Shown here: positions 26,480-35,732 of the stretch, piece by piece
How the letters are laid out: each line of letters starts with the position of its first letter
Position numbering within the stretch: the stretch's first letter is position 1
Assembly: GCA_964645595.1 (NCBI GenBank)
Contig: CAZYAH010000001.1
Coordinates: forward strand, 1 to 44,900
Origin: an uncultured Alicyclobacillaceae bacterium
GTDB lineage: Bacteria > Bacillota > Bacilli > Alicyclobacillales > Alicyclobacillaceae
Direction: 5' to 3'
Length of the DNA stretch: 44,900 nucleotides
Translations under genes and position numbers: made by a program
Notes under the pieces: generated by a model
Seen by the model: the letters and a program-made list of their open reading frames with translations, nothing else
What the model was told of the DNA's origin: nothing
Databases searched by the model: none

Positions 26480-26546
26480 GGCCACTCGGCACTACCGAAG
26501 CCCGTCTGATTGTTCCTACCAAGGAACAGCGGCGGGCTTTTTGTTT
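26480..26546 (+). terminator. Conserved small hairpin plus intrinsic terminator (attenuator-like), copy 2
   Basis: GGCCACTCGGCACTACCGAAGCCC, then stem AAGCCCGTC..TGTTCCT / AGGAACA..GGCGGGCTT and a TTTGTTT tail. Confidence 0.8.
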
Positions 26547-26556
26547 GGAGGTTGCG

Positions 26557-27927
26557 ATGAGACGGACACGACTTCTGCTGATCCTACTGGTTGGTATCGG
26601 CTGGTGGCTTCTGCCTGCCTCAGAGGCGGAGGCATCCAGTTGCCTCACGCGCACCGCCCTCGTGGCCATGCCGAATGGCAGCCTCGTCCCAACGCTCTGC
26701 AATCAGTACGGCCAACTCTACGCCGTGAGCGTCAATGAGGATGGCACACAGATTGCCGACGCGGCCCCCCAGTCACTCATTGTGGACGTGCGCTACGAAT
26801 TGCCCTATTGGCGTCGTGAGTCTCCCTATCTGCACCGCACGGCGGGCGGCGATAGCCTCACCTGTACGACCTCCTCCACGCCTCATGCCTACCAAATCGG
26901 TCAGCCAGTGCCCGTGTCGTGTAACCAATACGGCCAACTCTTGGTCGAACTATCCGGGGTCGGGGCGAGTGCCATTAGTGAATCCACGGTGGCGGAACTT
27001 CCAGGAGCTCCCCCATCAGGCACCATTCGCATTGTGACGGACGGGGCGAGCGCTACTGATTGCACAACAGGCACCGGCAGCACGCGCGTGCTCTGTAACT
27101 TTGATGGATCAAGTTGGGTGGCACTAGGTGGCGCCGGGACGCTTGATCAAGCCTTTGATAGCGGTAAGACCATCGACGGGGCCAACTCGCTCGCCAACGC
27201 GATGCGGGTGGGTGACGGCATCACCCCGATCTGCCTCTACACCGATGCAACCCTGGGGCCGCAAGTGCGGCCCTGCACCGATGCCAACGTGGCCACGATT
27301 ATTCCCACGAACTTCAATTGGTCACTCTGGGATATTGAAGGCGCCGCCGCCATTGAGACGGTAGACCCCGACGCAGCGTCTACGTTGGCGATGTGGACCT
27401 ACGGCGCGGCCTACCGTCCCAAAAAGCAAGCGTGGTTAGGGGCCGGGTCACTTGACGGCGACGGAACGCAATGCCCGGCTCTGGCTACCACAGTTACGAT
27501 CAACAGCGGGCCCAAAATCCCCACCTTCATCTGCACGGAGAACGACGCATCGACGCTGTATGGGTCGTTCAAACTTGTCGATAACTGGGACGCCGGGACG
27601 ATTACTGTCACCCACGTCTATATCCAGACGGCTGCGGATACCGGCTCGATGCTCGGTGAGGTGTCCATGCAGTGTCATGGGAACGGCGAAACGGTGGATA
27701 GCACCTATGGGACGATGGTGGAGCTAGACGATGCCGCCGTGACGGGGAGCAACAAAAACGATTTCATCACCTCCACGGCCGTCACACCAGCGGGCACCTG
27801 TGCTGCGGGAGACATGCTGTATTTCCGTTGGCAGTACGACGGGACAGGAAATCCCACCACGGCTGCGGCCACACTGAATCATGTCGGCTTCATGCTGAAG
27901 TATAGCGAAACGAGCCGGAGTAACTAA
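26557..27927 (+). CDS. Signal-peptide-bearing tail-fibre-like protein
   Basis: MRRTRLLLILLVGIGWWLLPASEAEA Sec-type leader, two CNQYGQL repeats, T/G/A-rich beta body, 12 Cys by my count. Confidence 0.7.
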   Translation: MRRTRLLLILLVGIGWWLLPASEAEASSCLTRTALVAMPNGSLVPTLCNQYGQLYAVSVNEDGTQIADAAPQSLIVDVRYELPYWRRESPYLHRTAGGDSLTCTTSSTPHAYQIGQPVPVSCNQYGQLLVELSGVGASAISESTVAELPGAPPSGTIRIVTDGASATDCTTGTGSTRVLCNFDGSSWVALGGAGTLDQAFDSGKTIDGANSLANAMRVGDGITPICLYTDATLGPQVRPCTDANVATIIPTNFNWSLWDIEGAAAIETVDPDAASTLAMWTYGAAYRPKKQAWLGAGSLDGDGTQCPALATTVTINSGPKIPTFICTENDASTLYGSFKLVDNWDAGTITVTHVYIQTAADTGSMLGEVSMQCHGNGETVDSTYGTMVELDDAAVTGSNKNDFITSTAVTPAGTCAAGDMLYFRWQYDGTGNPTTAAATLNHVGFMLKYSETSRSN

Positions 27928-28652
27928 TGAAAACGCTGTACCTCACCCTCACCCTCTGCCTCCTAACCTCACCCGCCTGGGCCGCGCCCACCTTTGATGC
28001 AGCCAGCAGTTCAGAAGGCACGACCTCGACCAGCCACGATCAGACAGTCGCGGCGGATGCCAACATTATCATCGTCTGTCTTGCCATACGTGACACGGCT
28101 GGGGCAGTTCAACCTGCCACAGCGGTTACGGTTGAAGGCGCGGCAGCGACGTTCTTAGTCGGAGCAAGTAACGCGGTGATCCGTACAGAACTCTGGTACA
28201 AACTCGCGCCCACGACCGGGGTTGGTGTGACGATTGCGGCAACCGGCGATGCAACGACCGATGCCATGGTCACGGGGGCGATGTCGTTCAAAGCGGTCGC
28301 ACAAAGTTCGACGTTCAACACCGCTGCGAGTGCGACCGGGTCGAGCGCGGATGTCGATGTGGTTACTATCGCCTCTGCCGTCGGCGAAATGGTGGCGTAC
28401 TGTGGGGCGGGACAACACCTTTCGGCTACCTATAGCGCCGATGCAGCCACCCCCGTGTCCACGGAGCGGTATGAAGACCTACATTCCGGGCTCGCGTTGG
28501 GTGGATTTGGCTACACCGAGGATGGGGCCGCGACCTCCATCAATATACGCGTGGATGCCACCACCATAATCAATTTTGCCGCGGTCGCTGGCTCAATGCG
28601 GCCGCTGGCGGCATCAACAAGACGAGCCGTGGCCCCGATTATGTTTCAGTAA
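27927..28652 (+). CDS. Signal-peptide-bearing beta-sandwich protein
   Basis: MKTLYLTLTLCLLTSPAWA leader; APTFDA..S and ELWYKLAP segments; A/T-rich. Confidence 0.7.
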   Translation: MKTLYLTLTLCLLTSPAWAAPTFDAASSSEGTTSTSHDQTVAADANIIIVCLAIRDTAGAVQPATAVTVEGAAATFLVGASNAVIRTELWYKLAPTTGVGVTIAATGDATTDAMVTGAMSFKAVAQSSTFNTAASATGSSADVDVVTIASAVGEMVAYCGAGQHLSATYSADAATPVSTERYEDLHSGLALGGFGYTEDGAATSINIRVDATTIINFAAVAGSMRPLAASTRRAVAPIMFQ

Positions 28653-28661
28653 GGACAACCT

Positions 28662-31466
28662 ATGCGGCGATTACTCATTCTCAGCCTCTTCTTGAGTCTC
28701 TTTATAAGCACGCCCGTCTGGGCCACTAAATACTGGGTATCCACCACAGGCAGCAATGCGAACCCGTGCGCTTCCATCGACGGAGACACCGACCCGGGTG
28801 TGTATAAAGCCTCGGCTGCTGGAGTATTTTCCGCAGGCTGTGCCGTCGCTGGTGACACGATTCACATGAATGCGGGAACATATAGCGCGGCAAACTCCAG
28901 CATCTATGAACCGGATATTTCAGTCCCAGATGGGACCGCTGGGGCCTATACGACTATTGAAGGGGAAGGCGCTGCGGTGACGATTCTTCAAGCCGGCGGC
29001 AACGTGCTTCAGACTCCACGCTATGCACGATTTCAAAACTTTACCTGGAACGGCACGCCGAGCTATGTCCTTGGCAATATCGATGCCTGTCTGCTCTTTG
29101 GTTCTCAGGGCGGGGTAGGGCATCATATTGAAATTTTGAATATGGAATTCACCCGTTGCCATCATGGGGTGCAAGGTTATGCCGATGACGTGACCATACG
29201 AAACACCCACGTACACCATTTCGGCGGAAAATCGCCAAATCCTTCTCCAGGCGGTGAAGGCTTTTATATGGTTGGGGCGCGAGCGTTGATCGAGGATAGT
29301 GAATTTGATAATGCAGGTCACGATTGCTCGACGTGCAACGCTGGAAACCAAATCTGGGAGGCCTCAGGCGTTCCAGGGAGTGCGGATGGCTTTATTGTGC
29401 GGCGCAACAAGTTCCACGATAACAACTTCGGTGTAGCACTCCGGGGGAACAACGGCCAATTCTACGATAACGAATCATACAACAACCGTACGGGTGGGAT
29501 TCTGGTGTTTCGGAGTACCATTCTTGTTCACAACAACATCAGCTACAACAACACCTCATCCAACATTTCATTGACGGGCAGTGCGGTCGGCGTGGTCATG
29601 AAGAATAACATTTTCTTCGGCGGCGCGAAGGCTGTTGAAGAAATCAGCGGCATTGGGACGCACCTCATGACGTATAACGCCTGCGAGACCGCGAGATCCT
29701 GTGGCACGACCGGCAAGGTCAATCTCACGGCGATTACCGACATCACCGTCTCCACGACAGACTTCCACCATAAGCCAGGATCGATAGGTATCAACGCGGG
29801 CACGACGGTTTCGACGCGTAGCTGCAATGGCGTGTGCGACCTAGGCCCCTACGAAACCGCAGGAACCGGGGCGCTGGGGTTCTCGACTGCCACGATCACT
29901 GCCGCGACGATGGACGTGACGCTCGCCATGAATCTCAACGTGCCACTGCTTCCGGCTTCTGGCATCACTGGGTTCACAGTCGGGTGTTCTGGTGGGGTGA
30001 ATTGTGGAACGCCTGTCGTGGACACTGGGACGAGACTTACGGGGTCCGATAGCATCGTGCGGCTTACTATCACTGGGTTTGGTGGGGCAGGCGTCTGTGA
30101 AGTTGGGCAAACCATCACCGTGGCCTATACGCCAGGAAACGTCACCGATTCGGTCGGTCAAGCGTTAGCAAGTTTTACATCGCAGGCTGTCAGTAATGCG
30201 TGCGGTCCCGCGGCTCCTGCTGAACCAGGTACGCCACATATTAAGTATAACCTCGATCAGAACACCGGGACACAGGCCACAGACAGCACGGCCAACCTCC
30301 TGCACGGCACTCTGACCAACGGTCCAACCTGGGAAGCGCCTGGCAAACATGGAGCTTCGGCGGTTCACTTCGTGGATGGGGGGGATGATTTCATAGCAGT
30401 TCCTTATGGCAACACCATCAACCCCACGACACAATCCCTCACGATCTGTATGGGGGTGAAGCCGGATGTTGGGTTGGAATCTAGTTCGCGTATATTCTTT
30501 GGCTCGCCGAATGGCTCCAACCAGCGACTCTATCTTGGTTTTACCGGCGGATTTTGGGCGATGGGCATTAAGGATAGTTCATTCAGCACGGGAGGGAACA
30601 ACACCGAGTTTCCTGTGACGGCTGGCTACACGCGCATCTGCATATTAGTGGATAAGGACACGCCTGGTGGAGGCACAGGAACAGCAAAATTAGCGAAAAA
30701 CGGCACCATCGGAAGTAGTGCGCAGTCCGTGAAAACCTACACCTCGTATGCGCTTGCTGGCAACTTCGCTATCGGCACGGGCGTCTCGCAGGGCGGGAGC
30801 TATATGTCGGGGTCCACGGTTGACGACTTTGTGCTCTACACCAGCCTGCTGACACCGACACAAATCATGGACGACAAGAATGCCTGGGAGCCACCCAGTC
30901 CACCGGCGAACTGCACAATAAGTCAGGTGGGTAATCAGGCTCATTTGCTACGACAAACCTCTGGCGGACTCGTCGAAAACTATCGGGCCTTGAACGCGGC
31001 AACGGTCAACGTCGTCGCGGGTGGGGCGTTGATGCTCACCATTCAGACAGACGCCACGGTGGCTGGATGTTCGACGGCCACGCAGCTCCGCTATTCCTGT
31101 GCGCTCTGTCCTAGTATCGGGGCCTGGCTTACCGTCCCGAACGTGATGGGGCCAGATGGCATCTCATTCTACGGTAGTGCCGCCGTCACTGACTTAGACA
31201 TTTTGAAAGGTGCCGTGACGTGCTGTTTGAGTGGGGCATTGACAGCCCTCCATGGGGTCACGCGAACGAACGCGGATGCGGTGCCTGTGGTTCCGTTCAC
31301 CACAAATTCATCGACGGTCCATCGCAGTGTGTTGCAGTTTGGCGCGAGCGCGTCTGGGATGGCGTTCTTATTTAAGGAATATACGCAACAGGGTGCGGAA
31401 TTAGCCAGCTATCCAGCCGTGCCAGGTGTGAACGTCGTGCCGATGAGCGCGGGGTCAGGATTTTGA
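28662..31466 (+). CDS. Signal-peptide-bearing tailspike/adhesin-like protein (beta-helix, Ig-like and LamG domains)
   Basis: MRRLLILSLFLSLFISTPVWA leader, YWVSTTGSN and GDTIHMNAGTY start, Asn-rich beta-helix, then HGTLTNGPTW...VDDFVLY LamG domain. 22 Cys by my count. Confidence 0.8.
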   Translation: MRRLLILSLFLSLFISTPVWATKYWVSTTGSNANPCASIDGDTDPGVYKASAAGVFSAGCAVAGDTIHMNAGTYSAANSSIYEPDISVPDGTAGAYTTIEGEGAAVTILQAGGNVLQTPRYARFQNFTWNGTPSYVLGNIDACLLFGSQGGVGHHIEILNMEFTRCHHGVQGYADDVTIRNTHVHHFGGKSPNPSPGGEGFYMVGARALIEDSEFDNAGHDCSTCNAGNQIWEASGVPGSADGFIVRRNKFHDNNFGVALRGNNGQFYDNESYNNRTGGILVFRSTILVHNNISYNNTSSNISLTGSAVGVVMKNNIFFGGAKAVEEISGIGTHLMTYNACETARSCGTTGKVNLTAITDITVSTTDFHHKPGSIGINAGTTVSTRSCNGVCDLGPYETAGTGALGFSTATITAATMDVTLAMNLNVPLLPASGITGFTVGCSGGVNCGTPVVDTGTRLTGSDSIVRLTITGFGGAGVCEVGQTITVAYTPGNVTDSVGQALASFTSQAVSNACGPAAPAEPGTPHIKYNLDQNTGTQATDSTANLLHGTLTNGPTWEAPGKHGASAVHFVDGGDDFIAVPYGNTINPTTQSLTICMGVKPDVGLESSSRIFFGSPNGSNQRLYLGFTGGFWAMGIKDSSFSTGGNNTEFPVTAGYTRICILVDKDTPGGGTGTAKLAKNGTIGSSAQSVKTYTSYALAGNFAIGTGVSQGGSYMSGSTVDDFVLYTSLLTPTQIMDDKNAWEPPSPPANCTISQVGNQAHLLRQTSGGLVENYRALNAATVNVVAGGALMLTIQTDATVAGCSTATQLRYSCALCPSIGAWLTVPNVMGPDGISFYGSAAVTDLDILKGAVTCCLSGALTALHGVTRTNADAVPVVPFTTNSSTVHRSVLQFGASASGMAFLFKEYTQQGAELASYPAVPGVNVVPMSAGSGF

Positions 31467-31468
31467 CC

Positions 31469-31843
31469 ATGGCTAGACTCTATGCCGCGATGATGCTGAT
31501 CTTTGCCGTGCTCGTGCTGGTGGGTGCCCTCGTCTCCTGTGGCCACAGCAAGCCACCTGTGATGCCACCAGTGAAGCCTCCGTCGCCGTTGGCCACGTTG
31601 ACATGGGAACGCAACAGCGAAGAGGACATGCAGGACTACCTCATCTACTTCTGTTGGGACGGCGAGGACTGTAGACCGCACGAGAAGCCACGAGGCCCGG
31701 TCAAGCAGACGCCTGTGGGGGTAAAGCCCTCATTTAAGATTGACCTTACCGGCTCAGTGGGGGCCGTGGCGATCACCGCGCGGGATACCTACGGAAACGA
31801 ATCGCTGTTGAGTAATATCGTGCGGTTCGATCGGCGGAACTGA
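31469..31843 (+). CDS. Lipoprotein with fibronectin type III-like domain
   Basis: LVSC lipobox, Pro-rich linker, LTWERNSEEDMQDY...ITARDTYGNES..S FN3 pattern. Confidence 0.75.
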   Translation: MARLYAAMMLIFAVLVLVGALVSCGHSKPPVMPPVKPPSPLATLTWERNSEEDMQDYLIYFCWDGEDCRPHEKPRGPVKQTPVGVKPSFKIDLTGSVGAVAITARDTYGNESLLSNIVRFDRRN

Positions 31844-31970
31844 GGGGCCATGCCATGGTCAAGGCGGTGCCCTAGGTGCCGTGCCTTCTTAACTAAGGAG
31901 ACCCCGTGGGAGCCCTGGAAGTGCGAGTGCTGTGGGTGGGTTGGTGGAGATGATGTGAGTAAGGAGAAGG

Positions 31971-32327
31971 ATGACCGGCTACACGAACAACCTGCACCCA
32001 CACCTCCTCGCCGTCCTCACGGACCTGGAGACGCGCTTGGGCCTTGAATTGCAGATCAATTCAGGATACCGCGATCCGGTCCACAACAATGACGTAGGTG
32101 GCGTCGAAGGCAGCGAGCATACCTACGACCCAGCGGAAGGGGCCGACGTGTTCTGTCAACGCTCGGTAACGCGCTACAAGATGCTCAAGGCTCTGTTTGC
32201 GATGGGCGTGCGGCGTATTGGCATCGGGCAGACGTTCATCCATGTGGGCATTGCGGCGGATAAACCAGTCGATACGGCCTGGCATTATTATCCAGAGAAG
32301 CCTGTGGCTCCATCGGAGAAAACATGA
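31971..32327 (+). CDS. Endolysin, peptidase M15 family
   Basis: INSGYR...N..VGG...SEH...GAD...RIGI...FIHV. Confidence 0.88.
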   Translation: MTGYTNNLHPHLLAVLTDLETRLGLELQINSGYRDPVHNNDVGGVEGSEHTYDPAEGADVFCQRSVTRYKMLKALFAMGVRRIGIGQTFIHVGIAADKPVDTAWHYYPEKPVAPSEKT

Positions 32328-32903
32328 ATGGCCGACACCACACTGGAATTGGGCATTGCGACACTCATCACCACCGTAGCGGGGTTCGCCTACACCTGGT
32401 TTCGGGAAGGGCGCACACGGCGGTGGCAACAGCAGGACGCTCAAGAGATAGCCGAAAAGGCCAATTCCGATGCGAAGATCCTGGCGGAAAAGGTCAACAG
32501 CGATGCCGCAGCGTTAGCGGCCAAGCAAAATGCCGATGCGATCGCGCTGGCAAGCAAATTGATTCACGATGCGTCCGATGTCGCAGCCAAGTTGCACGAC
32601 AACGCCGAGAAGCTGGCGGCCAAGGTGGCAGAAAATACCACCGTCTCGACCGATGCGGCGAAGGGCGCGAAGGAAGCCTATTCAGAAGCCAACTCGACGA
32701 ACCGTAAGATCGCGGATCTCCAGACGCAACTGCTGAAGATCGGGGAGCATGTCGAACGGACAGATCAGGCCGCAAAACAGTCTGAGCAGGCCATCCATGA
32801 AGAGGCTCTCTACAATCAGCGCGTCAAAGAGGCAGTCGAGAAAACACTGGCGGGCATGAACGGCATGAAAGAACAGTTGCAGCGAAAGCGGAAGCCTAGA
32901 TGA
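32328..32903 (+). CDS. Membrane-anchored coiled-coil protein (lysis region)
   Basis: One N-terminal transmembrane segment followed by roughly 11-residue A/K/N helical repeats. Confidence 0.65.
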   Translation: MADTTLELGIATLITTVAGFAYTWFREGRTRRWQQQDAQEIAEKANSDAKILAEKVNSDAAALAAKQNADAIALASKLIHDASDVAAKLHDNAEKLAAKVAENTTVSTDAAKGAKEAYSEANSTNRKIADLQTQLLKIGEHVERTDQAAKQSEQAIHEEALYNQRVKEAVEKTLAGMNGMKEQLQRKRKPR

Positions 32904-33092
32904 ATGTGGCTCTTGCTTCTGATATTTCTCAATGCCGACTCCGGCACGCGCTCCACGACGGTGATCGAGGAATACGGCACGCGCCGGGCCTGCGAAGGGG
33001 AACGGACGCGGATCTGGCTGGAGATGGTGCAAGCGTACCCAGAGAGCCACGATGACATGTTTTTCGTGTGTCAGTTGAAGGAGGCGGTATGA
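32904..33092 (+). CDS. Small exported/membrane protein
   Basis: MWLLLLIFL start; Y.T..AC...C pair. Confidence 0.55.
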   Translation: MWLLLLIFLNADSGTRSTTVIEEYGTRRACEGERTRIWLEMVQAYPESHDDMFFVCQLKEAV

Positions 33093-33349
33093 AGTATTGT
33101 AAGAAACCTATCGTGATTGACGCAGTTCAATGGTTCAAACATGGCGATCATCCATCCGTAGAACGGTACGGAGAAAGCATTGTTGACCAATATCCCGCGT
33201 ATGAGAAATGCGGGTTGATTAAAACTCTTGAGGATAACGTGTCAGGCATGCACCACGTCGTTCCAGGAGATTGGATTATCAAAGGCATAAAAGGCGAATT
33301 CTACCCATGCAAGCCAGACATATTCGCAGAGAGCTACGAGGCGGTGTGA
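33089..33349 (+). CDS. Conserved phage protein (KKPIVIDAVQW...PGDWII...YPCKPDIF family)
   Basis: Recognisable widespread phage motif; GGAGG RBS. Confidence 0.8.
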   Translation: MKYCKKPIVIDAVQWFKHGDHPSVERYGESIVDQYPAYEKCGLIKTLEDNVSGMHHVVPGDWIIKGIKGEFYPCKPDIFAESYEAV

Positions 33350-33498
33350 TGCTGCGCGATGGTGGCCTGATCTTGATCATCATCGTCCTGGCGCTGCTGC
33401 TCGGGGCAGCCATCTTTGCGGTGCACGATCCAGGGTCAAAGGAGGGGTTCTATCAAGCCGATCCGCCAGGCGGGCAGCCGCAGGAGGTGAAACCGTGA
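33349..33498 (+). CDS. Small membrane protein
   Basis: TGATG coupling; one strongly hydrophobic segment. Confidence 0.5.
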   Translation: MLRDGGLILIIIVLALLLGAAIFAVHDPGSKEGFYQADPPGGQPQEVKP

Positions 33499-33678
33499 CC
33501 TGTCCAGCTCCATGCCGTCAAACAATTCGAGGTTCGAATAAAATGAAGCGTAGCGGCGTATGGATTCACAAGCAGTGCCCGCGTTCGGTCTACAGCCCAG
33601 AGGGGTTGGCTTCGGCAAGGAAAAAAGCAAAGCGATTGATTGCCTCGATTCGTTGGGAATAACCAGGGAGACCATACC

Positions 33679-34113
33679 ATGAGACGCTATCTCTACCTAC
33701 TCAGTCCGCTGTTTATTTTATTATCGGTCAGCGTAGCCCTCGCACAAACGCTGGCGACTGATAAGCCCGCACCAGAAAAACTGTGGGAGATGCTCTTGAA
33801 ACTTGGATTTCCTATCCTGATGACGGCGATCGCGCCGTACCTCACCGGCCTCATTACCAGCAACTTCGCTAAAGTGCCTCCGTCGATCCAGTACGCCATT
33901 ACGAGCATGCTGTCCCTCATTATGGGTGCTCTCGTGGGGCAGATCCCAGCGTTTCCGTTAGGGTCTGAGTCGGCGGCGACCATCGCCCTGGCCAGTGGGA
34001 ATGCCGGACAGTTTATTGCCAACTCGACGAAGACAGATTTCCATCCCAAGACTGAGGTAGCCAAGGCTGAACTGGCGGCGTTGCCGAAGTCGGAGCAGGA
34101 CACGGTCGTCTAA
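33679..34113 (+). CDS. Multi-pass membrane protein, holin candidate
   Basis: Signal-like leader plus 2-3 hydrophobic segments in the lysis region. Confidence 0.55.
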   Translation: MRRYLYLLSPLFILLSVSVALAQTLATDKPAPEKLWEMLLKLGFPILMTAIAPYLTGLITSNFAKVPPSIQYAITSMLSLIMGALVGQIPAFPLGSESAATIALASGNAGQFIANSTKTDFHPKTEVAKAELAALPKSEQDTVV

Positions 34114-34125
34114 CGGAGGACAACT

Positions 34126-34305
34126 ATGGATCTCATATGGCTAATCTTAGGTATTGCGCTCATCGGCTTTCTCGTCTGGGCCATCCAGACCTATGTGCCC
34201 ATGCCGGACATCTTTAAAATCGTGATCTACGTTGTGGTGGCGATTGTGCTGATTCTGTTCGTGCTCAGGCGGTTTAGTGGAACGGTGCCGAACGTGCTGC
34301 AATGA
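34126..34305 (+). CDS. Small two-TM protein (Thivi_2564-like), holin candidate; not in the ORF track
   Basis: GGAGG RBS. Hand translation MDLIWLILGIALIGFLVWAIQTYVPMPDIFKIVIYVVVAIVLILFVLRRFSGTVPNVLQ. Confidence 0.7.
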   Translation: MDLIWLILGIALIGFLVWAIQTYVPMPDIFKIVIYVVVAIVLILFVLRRFSGTVPNVLQ

Positions 34306-34396
34306 ATCGCTATGAGCTCCGTGAGCTAGTCGAAGAGGCGCTGAAGGATGCGGCGGTGCCTGCGCGGCTCATGAATCAACCAAAGGAGACGAATCG

Positions 34397-34606
34397 ATGG
34401 TCACAGAAGCCATCGCCGAAGTTGCCAAGCTCCTGAGCAAGGTCTTTGGCTTCGTCGTGGACCCAGACGGGCTCGCCAAAATGCGGTTAGAGAATCAGAT
34501 CGATTTGATTCACGCGGGGGTGAAGGTTGCGATACGAAACAACGATAGCGATGCTGCTGATTTGCTCTTTGAGCAGTATCGGGCTCTCTGGGTGCAAGTC
34601 CCATAA
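34397..34606 (+). CDS. Hypothetical lysis-region protein
   Basis: AAGGAG RBS; amphipathic N-terminal helix. Confidence 0.55.
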   Translation: MVTEAIAEVAKLLSKVFGFVVDPDGLAKMRLENQIDLIHAGVKVAIRNNDSDAADLLFEQYRALWVQVP

Positions 34607-34736
34607 GCCCGTCGTGGTGCACGTTCCCATCACGTCGAAGGGCTGCCCTGCGGCGTTCGTGTCGGAGCACAATGACTTGTTCGCTGAAAATATCAGACTG
34701 AAGCACGCCCTGAAGCTGGCGCAGGAGAAGCCGTAG
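34527..34736 (+). CDS. Lipoprotein, o-spanin candidate
   Basis: LSGC lipobox; overlaps the previous gene in another frame; last gene of the late operon. Confidence 0.55.
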   Translation: MRYETTIAMLLICSLSSIGLSGCKSHKPVVVHVPITSKGCPAAFVSEHNDLFAENIRLKHALKLAQEKP

Positions 34737-34955
34737 CTAGGGTTGGTCTGCTACCTGTAAGTCGTTAAATTCTTCATCGGTCCACGGAATAATGCACACG
34801 TCTGGGGGAATGGATATACCATCTGGACATTCCGTATGGACGAGACCATTCACGTTCTTTGCAATCTGTGCCGTTCCATCGCGGATATCCGGGACATAGA
34901 CGTTCGCGCTCTGCTCAAATGTAGAAAGAGCTGCAATGACTTCAGCAACCGTCAT
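34737..34955 (-). CDS. Hypothetical protein
   Basis: MTVAEVIAALSTF....V start is a common small phage protein type; ATGA coupling. Confidence 0.6.
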   Translation of the reverse strand: MTVAEVIAALSTFEQSANVYVPDIRDGTAQIAKNVNGLVHTECPDGISIPPDVCIIPWTDEEFNDLQVADQP

Positions 34956-35314
34956 GGCTTCTTCTCTCCCACCGCATGCGTCCAGCACGCCTTGGCGGCG
35001 GTCCATAGCTCCCACGCTTTGTGGTATTGATCAACCATTTCACGGCTGATACTCGGCATGCTTCCTATAAATGGCGTTATTGCTCGCATGGCCGCCTCCA
35101 TTTTAGCTTCGCACGCACTGGGATACGGCTCCCACCCTCGTTCCCCACGACAGGTAAAGACCGCGCCTAGATTGTCGATGGCCTGATCGCCAATAGCGCA
35201 CGGGGTTGCTCGCTCAATTTCTTGGCCGTGGCCTATGGGGTAGACCCACAGGCTATCACCCGCCCCCGCCTCCACGGCGAGCAGCAGCAGGGCAAATATG
35301 GTAATGAGTCGCAT
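34952..35314 (-). CDS. Exported Cys-containing protein
   Basis: MRLITIFALLLLAVEAGA signal peptide. Confidence 0.6.
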   Translation of the reverse strand: MRLITIFALLLLAVEAGAGDSLWVYPIGHGQEIERATPCAIGDQAIDNLGAVFTCRGERGWEPYPSACEAKMEAAMRAITPFIGSMPSISREMVDQYHKAWELWTAAKACWTHAVGEKKP

Positions 35315-35316
35315 GT

Positions 35317-35535
35317 TCACCAACTTTCCCATTGTTTGTCACCGTCCATATAAACGCGGACCACGGCCTGATGCGAGCGAGATGGATCAAGGACCACGGC
35401 ATAGCGATGCCAGGCTTGATCTGCAATGTACCGTGAGCGTAGCGAGAACATCACGGTCTTTTGAGGGCCAAAGAATACCAGCGCTGCCATAACCATGACG
35501 ACCAGCAGCAGGGCGAGGAGCACAAGGGATTTCAT
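35317..35535 (-). CDS. Small membrane protein
   Basis: N-terminal transmembrane segment; ATGA coupling. Confidence 0.55.
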   Translation of the reverse strand: MKSLVLLALLLVVMVMAALVFFGPQKTVMFSLRSRYIADQAWHRYAVVLDPSRSHQAVVRVYMDGDKQWESW

Positions 35536-35732
35536 GGTCGTGCCTCCGCAATGGCTTTCATTTTATTGAAGCTATCTGAGAGTGAGTCGAATGAATTGTT
35601 GCACCGATCCACCATGACTGACCATTGTGTTTCTCGTTCGTATGCCCGTTGCAGCAGTGAGTCGGTATGAAGCCAAAGTATCAGGAACAGAATCAATGTG
35701 ATGGTTTGAGCAATCAAAGCAATTTTCATCAC
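35532..35732 (-). CDS. Small membrane protein
   Basis: N-terminal transmembrane segment plus short helix. Confidence 0.55.
   Translation of the reverse strand: MMKIALIAQTITLILFLILWLHTDSLLQRAYERETQWSVMVDRCNNSFDSLSDSFNKMKAIAEARP

Noticed and set aside
26557-31466. Diversity-generating retroelement or invertible tail-fibre cassette
   Set aside because: No reverse transcriptase, no template/variable repeat pair and no invertase seen near the fibre-like genes.
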